DNA from: Candidatus Magasanikbacteria bacterium RIFCSPHIGHO2_02_FULL_48_18
Lineage (GTDB): Bacteria; Patescibacteriota; Patescibacteriia; Magasanikbacterales; UBA922
Assembly (NCBI GenBank): GCA_001784285.1
Contig: MFQC01000009.1
Location: 8,828-72,827, forward strand
Direction of reading: 5' to 3'
Length of the DNA stretch: 64,000 nucleotides
The notes below the pieces were generated by a model, which saw only the letters and a list, made by a program, of their open reading frames with translations, was not told the origin of the DNA and made no database searches. The first letter of the stretch is position 1; every line of letters begins with the position of its first letter. The position numbers were made by a program, and so were the translations under genes. Shown piece by piece: positions 6,327-16,198 of the stretch.

Positions 6327-9300
6327 TTACTTCTGCTCCGGCACCACAATAATAACACCATGATAATAGGTCCATCGTTCTTTGTTATAATTATCCTCAC
6401 ACTCTTTATTTCCTCCGGCATTAAAATCATTATACAACCCCTCCTCACTCGGAATCATATCCTTATTCTTCCCGCCCGGAATCCATGCCGGGCCGCCGGT
6501 CGCGGAACTCTTTGACGCGTTGCACCAACCCCAGTTGTCAAGGACCTGTACCCGCGGGCGGTACGCGCACACTTTGGACGGTTCATAGCCAACCAAATCC
6601 ACGACGCCTTTTTTCTGCCACTCGGTGAGCGCGGAAAAATCCACATTCGCGCTTCCTGAAGAACATTCATACGTATACTCGGCCTTAAACGGCTTGTCGA
6701 CGCACGCGCGGTCGCTGTTGCCAAAGCGCGGTTTATTGTATGAATCAGTGTATGTTTGTTGGTACGATGGAAGATCTTTTTCCTTATAACACAAGAGGTC
6801 GTCAAATCCGAGAGCATGCGGACAATCGTCTTCTTTGTCGTACGCTTTGCAGGTCATAAGGTCGGGAAGCTGTTCTGAGCCGCCGCCCCAACACACCCCA
6901 ATATCGCCTTCGGAGAATTCGCAGAACGGTTTGTAGTTTTCGTAATACCCATGCGTTTTTTCGTTCGTAATATAACCGGTTGCCGAATCGTCCCAATCAA
7001 TCATAATGCGCCGGATGGGCATATGATTATCGTCGGCCGCGACAAAAAATTCGGCTGTGGCTTTGAACGTTTTTTGGGCTATATGCATGGTCGGTTCCGG
7101 CGCGTTGTTTGGCGCTTCGTCCGGATCATTATTGGGATCACGATCATAATTATACTTTGTGCCATTTTTTCCTGTAACAGTAAAATTGTGTTTGTCACCC
7201 GCAGTACATGGTCCATGTTCTCCATAACAACGGTATGGATTGAGCGAATAGACAACAGGCGGGCGATTATTGGTTGGTTTGTTATACTCTGATCCTTCAT
7301 CCCATGCCGTTTTACTCTCAAACTCATCCGGCTTCTCGCCCGTTTTGCGCATTTTTATAGAAAATGTTTTTGCAAACAATTGAGCGAGCCGACTCTTGCC
7401 AATATAATCCGGATCATAACTAGCATAATATGACCCAATGCCAAATTCCATATCACCGGGAATCGTTAAACCATCGCCCAAACTACTGCATCGGAAATCA
7501 TTGGTACCACTCCAATCCGGGATTGTTTGCCACATGTAATCCCATAAATAATCTGAACCACTTGGACCAATATTATCATCCGCCACGGGTTCGGCATTCA
7601 GTTCATTCGTACCCGCATAGATATTTTTTCCAAACAATTTTCCGCATGCGTATGGAACGCCCTGGTTATCATTAAAAGTATATTTGCGTAAGATACTATC
7701 GGTTTCCAAATCATCTTCAATTAAATCGAGAGACCCATATGGTGGATTTTCTGTTTCAAACCATTTTACCTCATCACTGAAAAATTTTGGTTCGCCTACA
7801 TCCCAGTGGGGTGATGGCGGATAAATTTGAGATGCCTGCCACACACGATTGGTCCACGCCTTATTCGTCGGTTGATCCGTATCAATCTTGGTGTCATCGT
7901 AGACGCTCGCAAATTCAGTACATCGGGGGTTGAGCTCAACCAGAACAGAGAGAAGCGCATGTCTTCCTACAGCATGATTTTTAACATCGTCATCATCATT
8001 TTTATATCTCTCGCTATATTTATACCACAAATTACCCCCGTCATAAGAGAGTTTTCCATCTCCATTATTGAATCGAATCATCCACACATTGTATGGCGCT
8101 TTCGCTTGTGTTTCTATAGGCACATTATACAAACTTTCTTCAATTATACTACGATATATTGTGTTTCCATCATCTTCTCCACTTTGGAAAATAGCGATAC
8201 CATAGACATGCTTTCCGTCATTAGAATCCCCTGTATACGCATCTTTGTTTATTCCAAAAAATTGCACAGCCTGAAATTTCTTTGTTTTGCCGAGAGCAAA
8301 TTCTTTCACACTAAAAGCATACGTTTCATCTTTTGGCGCATCCTCATGAAGAGGAGACTGGGGATTGTCTATTTTCATTGCTTGGAGATTTTCAAAATCT
8401 ATTTCAAGCCCTGGATAAAAATGAGGTAAATTGAGTTCATTATAAGCACCCGGATCTCCTGCCAACATCATCGGGCCCATATGAAATTTCTTGACATCTT
8501 GTTCATACAGATCCCCCTGCATTCGATAATCCTTGCCAAAGGTACCAATAATATACTTGGCAATAGGAGTCTTTCCTTTTCCATCTTCATCCCAAGCCTT
8601 TGTCTCTTCTACGTCGGTATATATATAACCGGAAGCATCCGTGACCGGAATTTTTTCGCTCAGCATGGACCACCAGCCCGGGCTGTCAATCCATAATACT
8701 TCCGTATTGGGACTTCCTTTCCCATCGTTAATGCCATGCCAACCATACAATTTCATAAACGTATATATTTTTTTCTGGTACGCTAAAGACTGCAATTTCA
8801 AATCGCTTCCGAGCTCGCCGGTAGTCGCCCCCTTTGGAATATTCATGGGTGGGAGATCGGCGATATTATCATATTGCGTACCGCCATCTGACCACCATGT
8901 AACCCAAAGAGGAGGCGCATTCAAAAGTGAAGTCCAGCGCTCATCGCCAGTATCCCCCGCAAGATCGTCTATTTCTGGACCCAAAATATCTTCCAATTCA
9001 ATATATACCGGAGCATCGCTATCATCATAGGTAAGAGAATTAGAATGAAAAATTTTATAATACATATCCTTTGAATAAGTTAACCCAGAGCTAGGATAAG
9101 CATAATTTATTGCTTTCAACATTTCGACACCACTCAACACCATACTTTGGTTATAGGCCGGCGCGGCGGCGGCGACCGTGCAATACACCTGGCCCTTGCC
9201 ATTATTGGAATCCAATGCCACATCATAGCCGGTTGTCGGATCGTTGTTATAAATATCAACACCGGTCACATTGACGTCCAACGGCAACCATGTTTGACAT

Positions 9301-12300
9301 GCATAGAGGCCGGTGCCACCTCCCAATGGGCGGCTGAGATCGCGCTCCAGACAAAAACCGCTTGTTCCCACGTGCATGGATTTGTTGGTATAAGGCGATT
9401 CTTTGCAAATCAATCCGTCGCCGCACTGACCGTCGTCGGTTTGGCATGGCTTGCCTATATTTCCCGCGTCTTCCACTTCGCCCGACCCCGAAAGGCCCGA
9501 ATCCGCCGGCAATTGACACGTTCTCGGACCGTGGCTTGCTTGCCCGAGCGGCCAATACCCAACATTGCCATCCGCATATTCGTTAACGAGATAACTGCAC
9601 GAACAGTCGCCCTTTTGGCAGATATTCGCTTTGTCGTATCCTTCTATTTTTTGCGTATATAATTTGAAAAACGAAGGCGACGGCGTGTTTCCTTCCACGT
9701 CTTTTTGTAGATCTTTTGCAAAATTGACCGGAAACGGACTGTCTTCTTCCGGATAGACTTTACAGCTTGCCGGGATAAGATCATCCTTGGTAAATTCATC
9801 CTTTTCACCCAAGCCCGAAATTGGGTAGACGCATTCGCCGCTGTAACACTTTCCTTTGCTGTCCTCGCCGCATAAGGCTCCATCATTTTTCGGCACTACA
9901 TTGCCAGAGACTGTTTTAAAACAAGAACTTTGATCCGGATTGGACGACGAATCGGCATAAAATTTGTACGCGAGGTAGCTGGTTTTCCCGGTCGTGCCGC
10001 TGTCAATGCCAATATAGGTAAAATCATTGATTTGGTATCGGTTAAAAAGCGAGTAGCCCGTATACTCCGGATCGCCATACCACGTCGTGTCGCGGGCAAT
10101 GTATTTTTCTTCAGTCAAAAACTTGGACTCATGCGGGTAATCGCTCTGTTCCACCCAATCCACGCAATCTTTGCCATCTCGTTCGGTGCATGCCCGATAA
10201 TCTTCGCACACGTCAAGCGTCAGTCCCGTTTCTTGCTGTTGTTTTGTCTGCGACGACCGGCAGGCCAGCCACTCGGCGCATACGCGATCGCGATTCACTT
10301 TCAAAATGATATTGCTGTCCCCGCCGGACACGCTACTTGCTTGTTTTGGCGAGACCAAATTGTCATTATTTTTTTCGCTGTCCGTATACGTCGCCTGGGC
10401 AAGATACGGACGGGTTGACTCGTCCACCTTATTCAACAACACGCACCCTTCTTTTAAGCTCACCTTGCCGCCGCATTCGTCAATACGATTGGTAATAGTA
10501 CTGTTGAAAATAACGGGATATGGGGTGCCGTTCGGATATTTGGCCGTTTTGTCAACCGGATCAACCAACTCGGTACAGCCATTAAATTGTTCCGGGCACT
10601 GCCCCACCAATCCATCATATTGAAATGCGCCATTGGAATAAATACCAAACGATGTGTCGGCAAGAATATACCCCGGATAACACGGAATTTTATTTTTATT
10701 TTGGCACATGCCGGAAGCGCATTCTTGATCGGCAGTACACAATGATCCGTTGGTACATTCGCCCACATCTTTCTTTACCCACCCGGAACGGGTAATACCG
10801 GTCTTGTCGACAAAAGACTCCTGATAGACGCATTGCGCGTTGCCATTTTTGAGCGGATCTTTAAAGAAAGACACCGTGTTTCCGGAATTGAACTGGCCGC
10901 ATCCGAGCAAATCCTCGCGGCACAGCACGCCTTCCGGACCAAGATATTTGTCCGGATTGTTTTTGATGTACTCTTTCTCAAAAGAATATGATCCCGCCGC
11001 AGTAAACCCGTCCGGGACCGCCTGTTCGCGCAATGCGATTTTTTCACATCCCAAAAATGCCTGATCGCACACGGTATTTTTGGTTTTGGTAAGGAAAATG
11101 GGGTCGTTTTCGGGCGTATCCGCGCCAATCAGCACGCTCGAATCATCCACAAACAAAATATCCGGCGAGGTATTGGTGCTGTTTTGTTGCACGGCAAGAA
11201 ATGTCACAAACGGCTGCAACTCAAATTTCCCAAAAGAATACGTTGCATCGGGCAATGCTATGGGGCCGGGAATATAACATATTTTTGAACCGGTTGGAGG
11301 CGTGCAGGTATGGTTGGCTCCATTCAAATTAACCGTGCAGGTATTCCCAGACGAGGTATTTTTATAGCACGCAATGTTGTAGACGATCCGGTCTTCCGCG
11401 CCATCCATGGCAATGGTATTTTGGGTGTCATATAGCGCGGTACATCCGACTGCTTCTGGCCGGCAGAGCGACGCAAAACCGGTCGCGTACCACAGCGTAT
11501 TTTGCGTATCCGTGTACATTTGACATCCCAACGCTTCGCCCGGCAACCCGTCGGTCGGGTCGCTGTCGCACGCTATAGGCGCGTTTGCACTCACCAATCC
11601 GCCCTCATACTCTATCGTGCGTTGCCATGAATTTTTGATAAGATGATATTGATCCACGAGACGCGTCAGGCGCACATTGTCCAGAAAATATCCTCCCGGT
11701 GTACCTTCGCGTTTGAATACCAAAGAAACCGGATCGGTTGTGTTGCCGGTAAATTGAACAGGACCGATATGATACAATTGCCAGGACTCCTGGAGCTCGA
11801 TTTTATTTTCCTTGTTCAAGAGAGGATCAAAGGTAAAATACCAGCTCGTCTCTGTCTTGCCATTTTGCGACAAGTTGATGGACAATTGTTGCCCCGCGAC
11901 GCCGCGCGCCCAGAACGAAAGCTCGTACCAATTGGCGGCATCCTCTGCATTGCCGCTTTGGATGGTTCCGGTTGCAATGATCCGTTCCACTTTTTCGGTA
12001 TTGACCAATAACGAATACAGCCCGACTTGGATAGATTCGGCCGCGACGGAAATGCTTCCGGCGGCGATATCGACTTTTTTCCAATCTTTTTTGGCATCGT
12101 TCAGGGCGTTTGCGTCGTCTCCGGACGGTTCAAAAATATCAAGAAATACCTGTTCGACATTGTTTCCCGAATTGCCTACATACAAACGGCACCCGCTGGC
12201 TTCTTTGGGACAAGCATTTGCCTGGCCGGGCGTATTGATGGTGTTATACACGCACGATCCTCCGGAGGCCGGATTATTTTCGTCGGGTTTGTATGCTCCG

Positions 12301-15300
12301 CCGTTCGCGCACACCATACAGCTCGCGGTACTCTCTGCCCACAATCCTTTTCGTTCGGCGCACAATTGTTTGGACGTATCGAGCGACAAAAGATCGTCTT
12401 TGACCAAGGTTACACTGGTTTTGCGCAATGGATGGCACAATTCATCGACCAGCGCGACCTCCGACAATACGCGATAAAACACCTGCCCGCTTTTATCATA
12501 GAGCGCACGACAATCAAGGCTTGCCGCGTCAATACTCCCGGGATTATTCACTAATATGCTATAGGTATCTTCATTGCACACGGCCTGTAAATTTTTGAGC
12601 GCCATATAACTCGTGTCCGCGTACGCGGGGGATCCTTTCGGGTAAGCGGCCGTGAGCGCATTTTTTACCACTGTATCTGTGACTAAATCAAACATCTTCG
12701 TGAGATACGAATTTTTGGTATCGTCGATCTGGAGCAGGCGATGCGTCCGCAAGACATACCCCTTCTGCACCGACCCTTCCCACGAATAAAATATTTTTTC
12801 ATTATCATCGGCCGGTTTTTCACAATAGGTGAGATCCGTGTAATATTCCAAACCTTCGCCGCCTTTTTCCACAGTATCGATATTGGTAAATTCATCACAG
12901 CCTTCATACGCAACCGTACAGGAGAGTCCCTGTTCTTTCATGAGATCTTGCGCGTATGTCGGCACAAAATACAATGGAAATTGCGCCCCCTCAAAATTGG
13001 TCTCCGCTTGCTTGTACGCGTCATACCCGACACAGCTCAGATCGCACTGATTATTTCCAATAAGCGCGGGAACCGCAGGTCCGCCCGCAAGCGGGGTATA
13101 GGCATCGCACCCAACTTCTTCGGCAACGCACGCTCCCGCAAAGTTGCCGCATTCGGGATTGCCGGAAAGAAAATTCAAATCCGCTTTTTTCTTTGGGTAT
13201 TCAATCGCCTCGGTTCCCGCATTGGTATCATAACATCCCAAATAGTCCGGCGCTTTTTTGAGATACAGGGTATTCTCCGGGCTCGTATCTTTCACATACG
13301 CGTTTGCCGCCGCGTCGAATACGCGAGGATAAAAGGCCGAACAGCCCTCATTGTCTCCGGTACACGTTTGCGAAGCGATTTTTGCATTGAAATAAAGTGT
13401 TGGATTTCTCCCCGCTTTTTTATACTCTTTCCATATTCCCGAATCGAGCATGCCCGGATATACCCATGCTTCATTGACCTGTTCCGCCCCATACGCGGAA
13501 CACCCCACGGATTGGGCCGAACACTCCCCGTACTCAAGCGTTCGCGTGAGGTAGGATGACACTGTGTTCGTTCCCGCGTTGACAAATGTTTGACAGGAAG
13601 TAAATGGCAAAGGACACGAATCTCCCGGTATTCTCCAGGTATTTTCTTCCTTTGTGCAGTATCCATAGAGTTGCGGCGCCTCGCACACGCTGTTTGGCCC
13701 TTCTGAAATGCATGTAGAAAAATCAAGACATTCTTCCATGCGCTTTGCGCCATCGCTCGTCAGCAATTGATCGCTATACCCATAGGCCATACAGCGGGTT
13801 TCCGGAACTCGAATCACCCAGTTCGGATCAATAAGATGACAATATGGATATTCCGCGCTCGGCGCTCCGCTTGGGTGGCACTGATCAAATCCTTTGACAA
13901 CCTCTTCAAGCTTCCATGGGTTGTCGGACGGCGACTTGAGCGCGGCAATTTCAAACCCAATGGGAAGAATGCGCGCTTTTCGTATTTTTTGGATATTGGA
14001 ATAACAATAGGCCTCGCGGAAACAATTGCGGTCCCGATTTTGCAATTCTCGTTTGGGAGAAATCAACTCCCAGTCGCCATGCAAAAACGACCCTTTCGTG
14101 TCAGCGAGCGCTTCGCCAATGGTCATGGCCCGGCCGGTCTTTGCCTGCGCGATGGCGTTTGCAAGCCCTTGTTCCATGACACAATTATTGATGCCAACCG
14201 GAGTATTGCCCTCCGGACACGCGGTAAATTGCTGAACGATATTAAAATTTTCTATCTGAACAGGCGTCTTGGTCAATAAAAAGCCAAAGACCTGTTGTGC
14301 AATGCTCTTTTTACTTGCTCCGCTTGGCGATTGGGAATACGGGTTGACCACCGAATCCGGATTTGCCGCGTCTTCTCCTCCTCCGCCTGAGGAAGGAAAC
14401 AATCCTCCGGTCAATAATTGCTCCAACAACTGCGTCGTCAAGGTATTCAAAAATACCGACGCGGCATACGGAAGTATTTGAATGGTTGGCGCGGCGTAAA
14501 TAGCACTAATCTGCCCGGCAGTAATTTCTTTTGATTTCAATCCAGTCAATTCCTTCGATTCTTCTTTGACCAGTTGTGCCGGTGAAATAGTTGTTCCGGA
14601 AATAAGTTCTTTCACTGCCTTAAAGCCGTCTCCTTCCATCCGCTCTTGGAGAGCGCCCAATTCCTGCTGGAAACTTTTCTGCCGCACCTGGCCCAAAGCG
14701 CCGAGCGAAACTCCAAAATCCGTACTGTCCGCGTTGAGAGAGGCGCTAAATGATTCGGCAATAAATTTTTGTCCGTAGGGACCGAATTTTTCTTCAAACG
14801 CTTCCGGGCTATACGCATTTTTGAGATCTTGCCAGGAACAATCCAGCCCTCCACCCATAAATTTTTGACTTAATCCCAACTGCAGACTGATTTGCAACGC
14901 TAAATTTGGCTGACAAATATCTATCCCAAATGCTTTTTCCCCCAACGTCTGGATGGATTGCGCGGCGGCATCAAGCGCCACATTTTCAAAATAGGTGGCC
15001 GCCCCTTCCTGAAAGACCAACGGCTCTTCGCCAGCCGCTTTGGTGGAAAGCCATGTCGCGGCGTCGTACGCCAACTTATTTAAAAAATAGGATACACCTT
15101 CAATGAGGGCGCTTAATCCCCCAGCAAGGAGACTCTGCCACATGTTGAAATCCAATTTTTTTTCCGCTTTTTCGGCCAGCGCTCTGGCTTCATTTCTGGC
15201 TTGAATGGCTTCGCGTTGGGCAGTCGCAGGCGCGTCAGTCCATTGTGCAAAGACCATTGTCGGAAAAAAAGAAAAAAGAAAAAGACAGAGACAAAAAATT

Positions 15301-15362
15301 GGCTTCATTTTTGAAGAAAAAAAATGGAAATAATGTTGTTTTCTTGAAAAGAAAGGAATCAT
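6327..15362 (-). CDS. giant (3011 aa) secreted Cys-rich surface protein with a carbohydrate-binding-like module
   Basis: Long ORF; N-terminal signal peptide; helical N-terminal region; many Cys-rich modules; WYELSFWARG...YFLDNVRL resembles a galactose-binding/CBM4-9-like fold. Confidence 0.85.
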   Translation of the reverse strand: MIPFFSRKQHYFHFFSSKMKPIFCLCLFLFSFFPTMVFAQWTDAPATAQREAIQARNEARALAEKAEKKLDFNMWQSLLAGGLSALIEGVSYFLNKLAYDAATWLSTKAAGEEPLVFQEGAATYFENVALDAAAQSIQTLGEKAFGIDICQPNLALQISLQLGLSQKFMGGGLDCSWQDLKNAYSPEAFEEKFGPYGQKFIAESFSASLNADSTDFGVSLGALGQVRQKSFQQELGALQERMEGDGFKAVKELISGTTISPAQLVKEESKELTGLKSKEITAGQISAIYAAPTIQILPYAASVFLNTLTTQLLEQLLTGGLFPSSGGGGEDAANPDSVVNPYSQSPSGASKKSIAQQVFGFLLTKTPVQIENFNIVQQFTACPEGNTPVGINNCVMEQGLANAIAQAKTGRAMTIGEALADTKGSFLHGDWELISPKRELQNRDRNCFREAYCYSNIQKIRKARILPIGFEIAALKSPSDNPWKLEEVVKGFDQCHPSGAPSAEYPYCHLIDPNWVIRVPETRCMAYGYSDQLLTSDGAKRMEECLDFSTCISEGPNSVCEAPQLYGYCTKEENTWRIPGDSCPLPFTSCQTFVNAGTNTVSSYLTRTLEYGECSAQSVGCSAYGAEQVNEAWVYPGMLDSGIWKEYKKAGRNPTLYFNAKIASQTCTGDNEGCSAFYPRVFDAAANAYVKDTSPENTLYLKKAPDYLGCYDTNAGTEAIEYPKKKADLNFLSGNPECGNFAGACVAEEVGCDAYTPLAGGPAVPALIGNNQCDLSCVGYDAYKQAETNFEGAQFPLYFVPTYAQDLMKEQGLSCTVAYEGCDEFTNIDTVEKGGEGLEYYTDLTYCEKPADDNEKIFYSWEGSVQKGYVLRTHRLLQIDDTKNSYLTKMFDLVTDTVVKNALTAAYPKGSPAYADTSYMALKNLQAVCNEDTYSILVNNPGSIDAASLDCRALYDKSGQVFYRVLSEVALVDELCHPLRKTSVTLVKDDLLSLDTSKQLCAERKGLWAESTASCMVCANGGAYKPDENNPASGGSCVYNTINTPGQANACPKEASGCRLYVGNSGNNVEQVFLDIFEPSGDDANALNDAKKDWKKVDIAAGSISVAAESIQVGLYSLLVNTEKVERIIATGTIQSGNAEDAANWYELSFWARGVAGQQLSINLSQNGKTETSWYFTFDPLLNKENKIELQESWQLYHIGPVQFTGNTTDPVSLVFKREGTPGGYFLDNVRLTRLVDQYHLIKNSWQRTIEYEGGLVSANAPIACDSDPTDGLPGEALGCQMYTDTQNTLWYATGFASLCRPEAVGCTALYDTQNTIAMDGAEDRIVYNIACYKNTSSGNTCTVNLNGANHTCTPPTGSKICYIPGPIALPDATYSFGKFELQPFVTFLAVQQNSTNTSPDILFVDDSSVLIGADTPENDPIFLTKTKNTVCDQAFLGCEKIALREQAVPDGFTAAGSYSFEKEYIKNNPDKYLGPEGVLCREDLLGCGQFNSGNTVSFFKDPLKNGNAQCVYQESFVDKTGITRSGWVKKDVGECTNGSLCTADQECASGMCQNKNKIPCYPGYILADTSFGIYSNGAFQYDGLVGQCPEQFNGCTELVDPVDKTAKYPNGTPYPVIFNSTITNRIDECGGKVSLKEGCVLLNKVDESTRPYLAQATYTDSEKNNDNLVSPKQASSVSGGDSNIILKVNRDRVCAEWLACRSSQTKQQQETGLTLDVCEDYRACTERDGKDCVDWVEQSDYPHESKFLTEEKYIARDTTWYGDPEYTGYSLFNRYQINDFTYIGIDSGTTGKTSYLAYKFYADSSSNPDQSSCFKTVSGNVVPKNDGALCGEDSKGKCYSGECVYPISGLGEKDEFTKDDLIPASCKVYPEEDSPFPVNFAKDLQKDVEGNTPSPSFFKLYTQKIEGYDKANICQKGDCSCSYLVNEYADGNVGYWPLGQASHGPRTCQLPADSGLSGSGEVEDAGNIGKPCQTDDGQCGDGLICKESPYTNKSMHVGTSGFCLERDLSRPLGGGTGLYACQTWLPLDVNVTGVDIYNNDPTTGYDVALDSNNGKGQVYCTVAAAAPAYNQSMVLSGVEMLKAINYAYPSSGLTYSKDMYYKIFHSNSLTYDDSDAPVYIELEDILGPEIDDLAGDTGDERWTSLLNAPPLWVTWWSDGGTQYDNIADLPPMNIPKGATTGELGSDLKLQSLAYQKKIYTFMKLYGWHGINDGKGSPNTEVLWIDSPGWWSMLSEKIPVTDASGYIYTDVEETKAWDEDGKGKTPIAKYIIGTFGKDYRMQGDLYEQDVKKFHMGPMMLAGDPGAYNELNLPHFYPGLEIDFENLQAMKIDNPQSPLHEDAPKDETYAFSVKEFALGKTKKFQAVQFFGINKDAYTGDSNDGKHVYGIAIFQSGEDDGNTIYRSIIEESLYNVPIETQAKAPYNVWMIRFNNGDGKLSYDGGNLWYKYSERYKNDDDDVKNHAVGRHALLSVLVELNPRCTEFASVYDDTKIDTDQPTNKAWTNRVWQASQIYPPSPHWDVGEPKFFSDEVKWFETENPPYGSLDLIEDDLETDSILRKYTFNDNQGVPYACGKLFGKNIYAGTNELNAEPVADDNIGPSGSDYLWDYMWQTIPDWSGTNDFRCSSLGDGLTIPGDMEFGIGSYYASYDPDYIGKSRLAQLFAKTFSIKMRKTGEKPDEFESKTAWDEGSEYNKPTNNRPPVVYSLNPYRCYGEHGPCTAGDKHNFTVTGKNGTKYNYDRDPNNDPDEAPNNAPEPTMHIAQKTFKATAEFFVAADDNHMPIRRIMIDWDDSATGYITNEKTHGYYENYKPFCEFSEGDIGVCWGGGSEQLPDLMTCKAYDKEDDCPHALGFDDLLCYKEKDLPSYQQTYTDSYNKPRFGNSDRACVDKPFKAEYTYECSSGSANVDFSALTEWQKKGVVDLVGYEPSKVCAYRPRVQVLDNWGWCNASKSSATGGPAWIPGGKNKDMIPSEEGLYNDFNAGGNKECEDNYNKERWTYYHGVIIVVPEQK

Positions 15363-16060
15363 AGTTCTTCCTCAACACCAAGAGATGACGATGCGGTTTG
15401 ATTCGCCTGAAGTTCGGCGAGTGATTCTTCTGAAAGAATGCCGCTGTTCATAATCTGCTGTACTACCTGAACAAGCGTATTATCATCAATTTGTGACAAT
15501 TCTTCTTCGGTCATCTTGCCGGAAGCAAGCAACAATTCCCGTATTTGTTGAGGGCTATTGAGGAGGACATCAAAATCAATAGTGGATGATGTCTTATTTA
15601 CCACAGAATTGGCATAGTTTAAAATATCAGACACATCATTCGCCTGCTGAAATAATTCGGTACTGATATTTTTTGGTTGCCCCATCTCTTCGGATATGGT
15701 CCGGGTCGAACAACCCTGGCTATCCGGACAGAGCGGATCCGTCCCTGTATTTATTTCTTCTTTGTCCCCCACCCGATCGGAGTCCGTATCCGGCAGATAC
15801 GGACTGGTTTGGTAAAAATACAATTCTTCGTAATCATTGAGCCCGTCTTTGTCCGTATCAATACCCTGGAGCCGCGCGGTTTCGTCCATCACAAAGGCCG
15901 GCTTTGCCGGCGCCGATTTTTTTCGAGAAAGAAACGGACCGTAAATGGTATTCCGCATTTGAAAAAATCCCAACCCTACCGCTAAAATAGCAAAAAGAAG
16001 CAATAAGGCAAAACCGACCTTTTGCTCTTTGGTCAAATGTTGTGACGGGGTGTGTGCCAT
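15359..16060 (-). CDS. membrane-anchored protein with thrombospondin type-3-like Ca-binding repeats
   Basis: N-terminal TM helix; DTDKDGLNDYEE and DTDSDRVGDKEE repeats; 4-nt overlap with the giant gene. Confidence 0.8.
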   Translation of the reverse strand: MAHTPSQHLTKEQKVGFALLLLFAILAVGLGFFQMRNTIYGPFLSRKKSAPAKPAFVMDETARLQGIDTDKDGLNDYEELYFYQTSPYLPDTDSDRVGDKEEINTGTDPLCPDSQGCSTRTISEEMGQPKNISTELFQQANDVSDILNYANSVVNKTSSTIDFDVLLNSPQQIRELLLASGKMTEEELSQIDDNTLVQVVQQIMNSGILSEESLAELQANQTASSSLGVEEEL

Positions 16061-16198
16061 ACAGGCATTCGCAATTTGTGCGGAGAGTATAGTATAGTAT
16101 GCCTAGCCTCGAGTATAACAAAAAAAAACAAAACAAACAATCAATAACTGGGGAAATCTTATACATGATCGCCTATGCGCCGACGGTACAGTCCCTGC

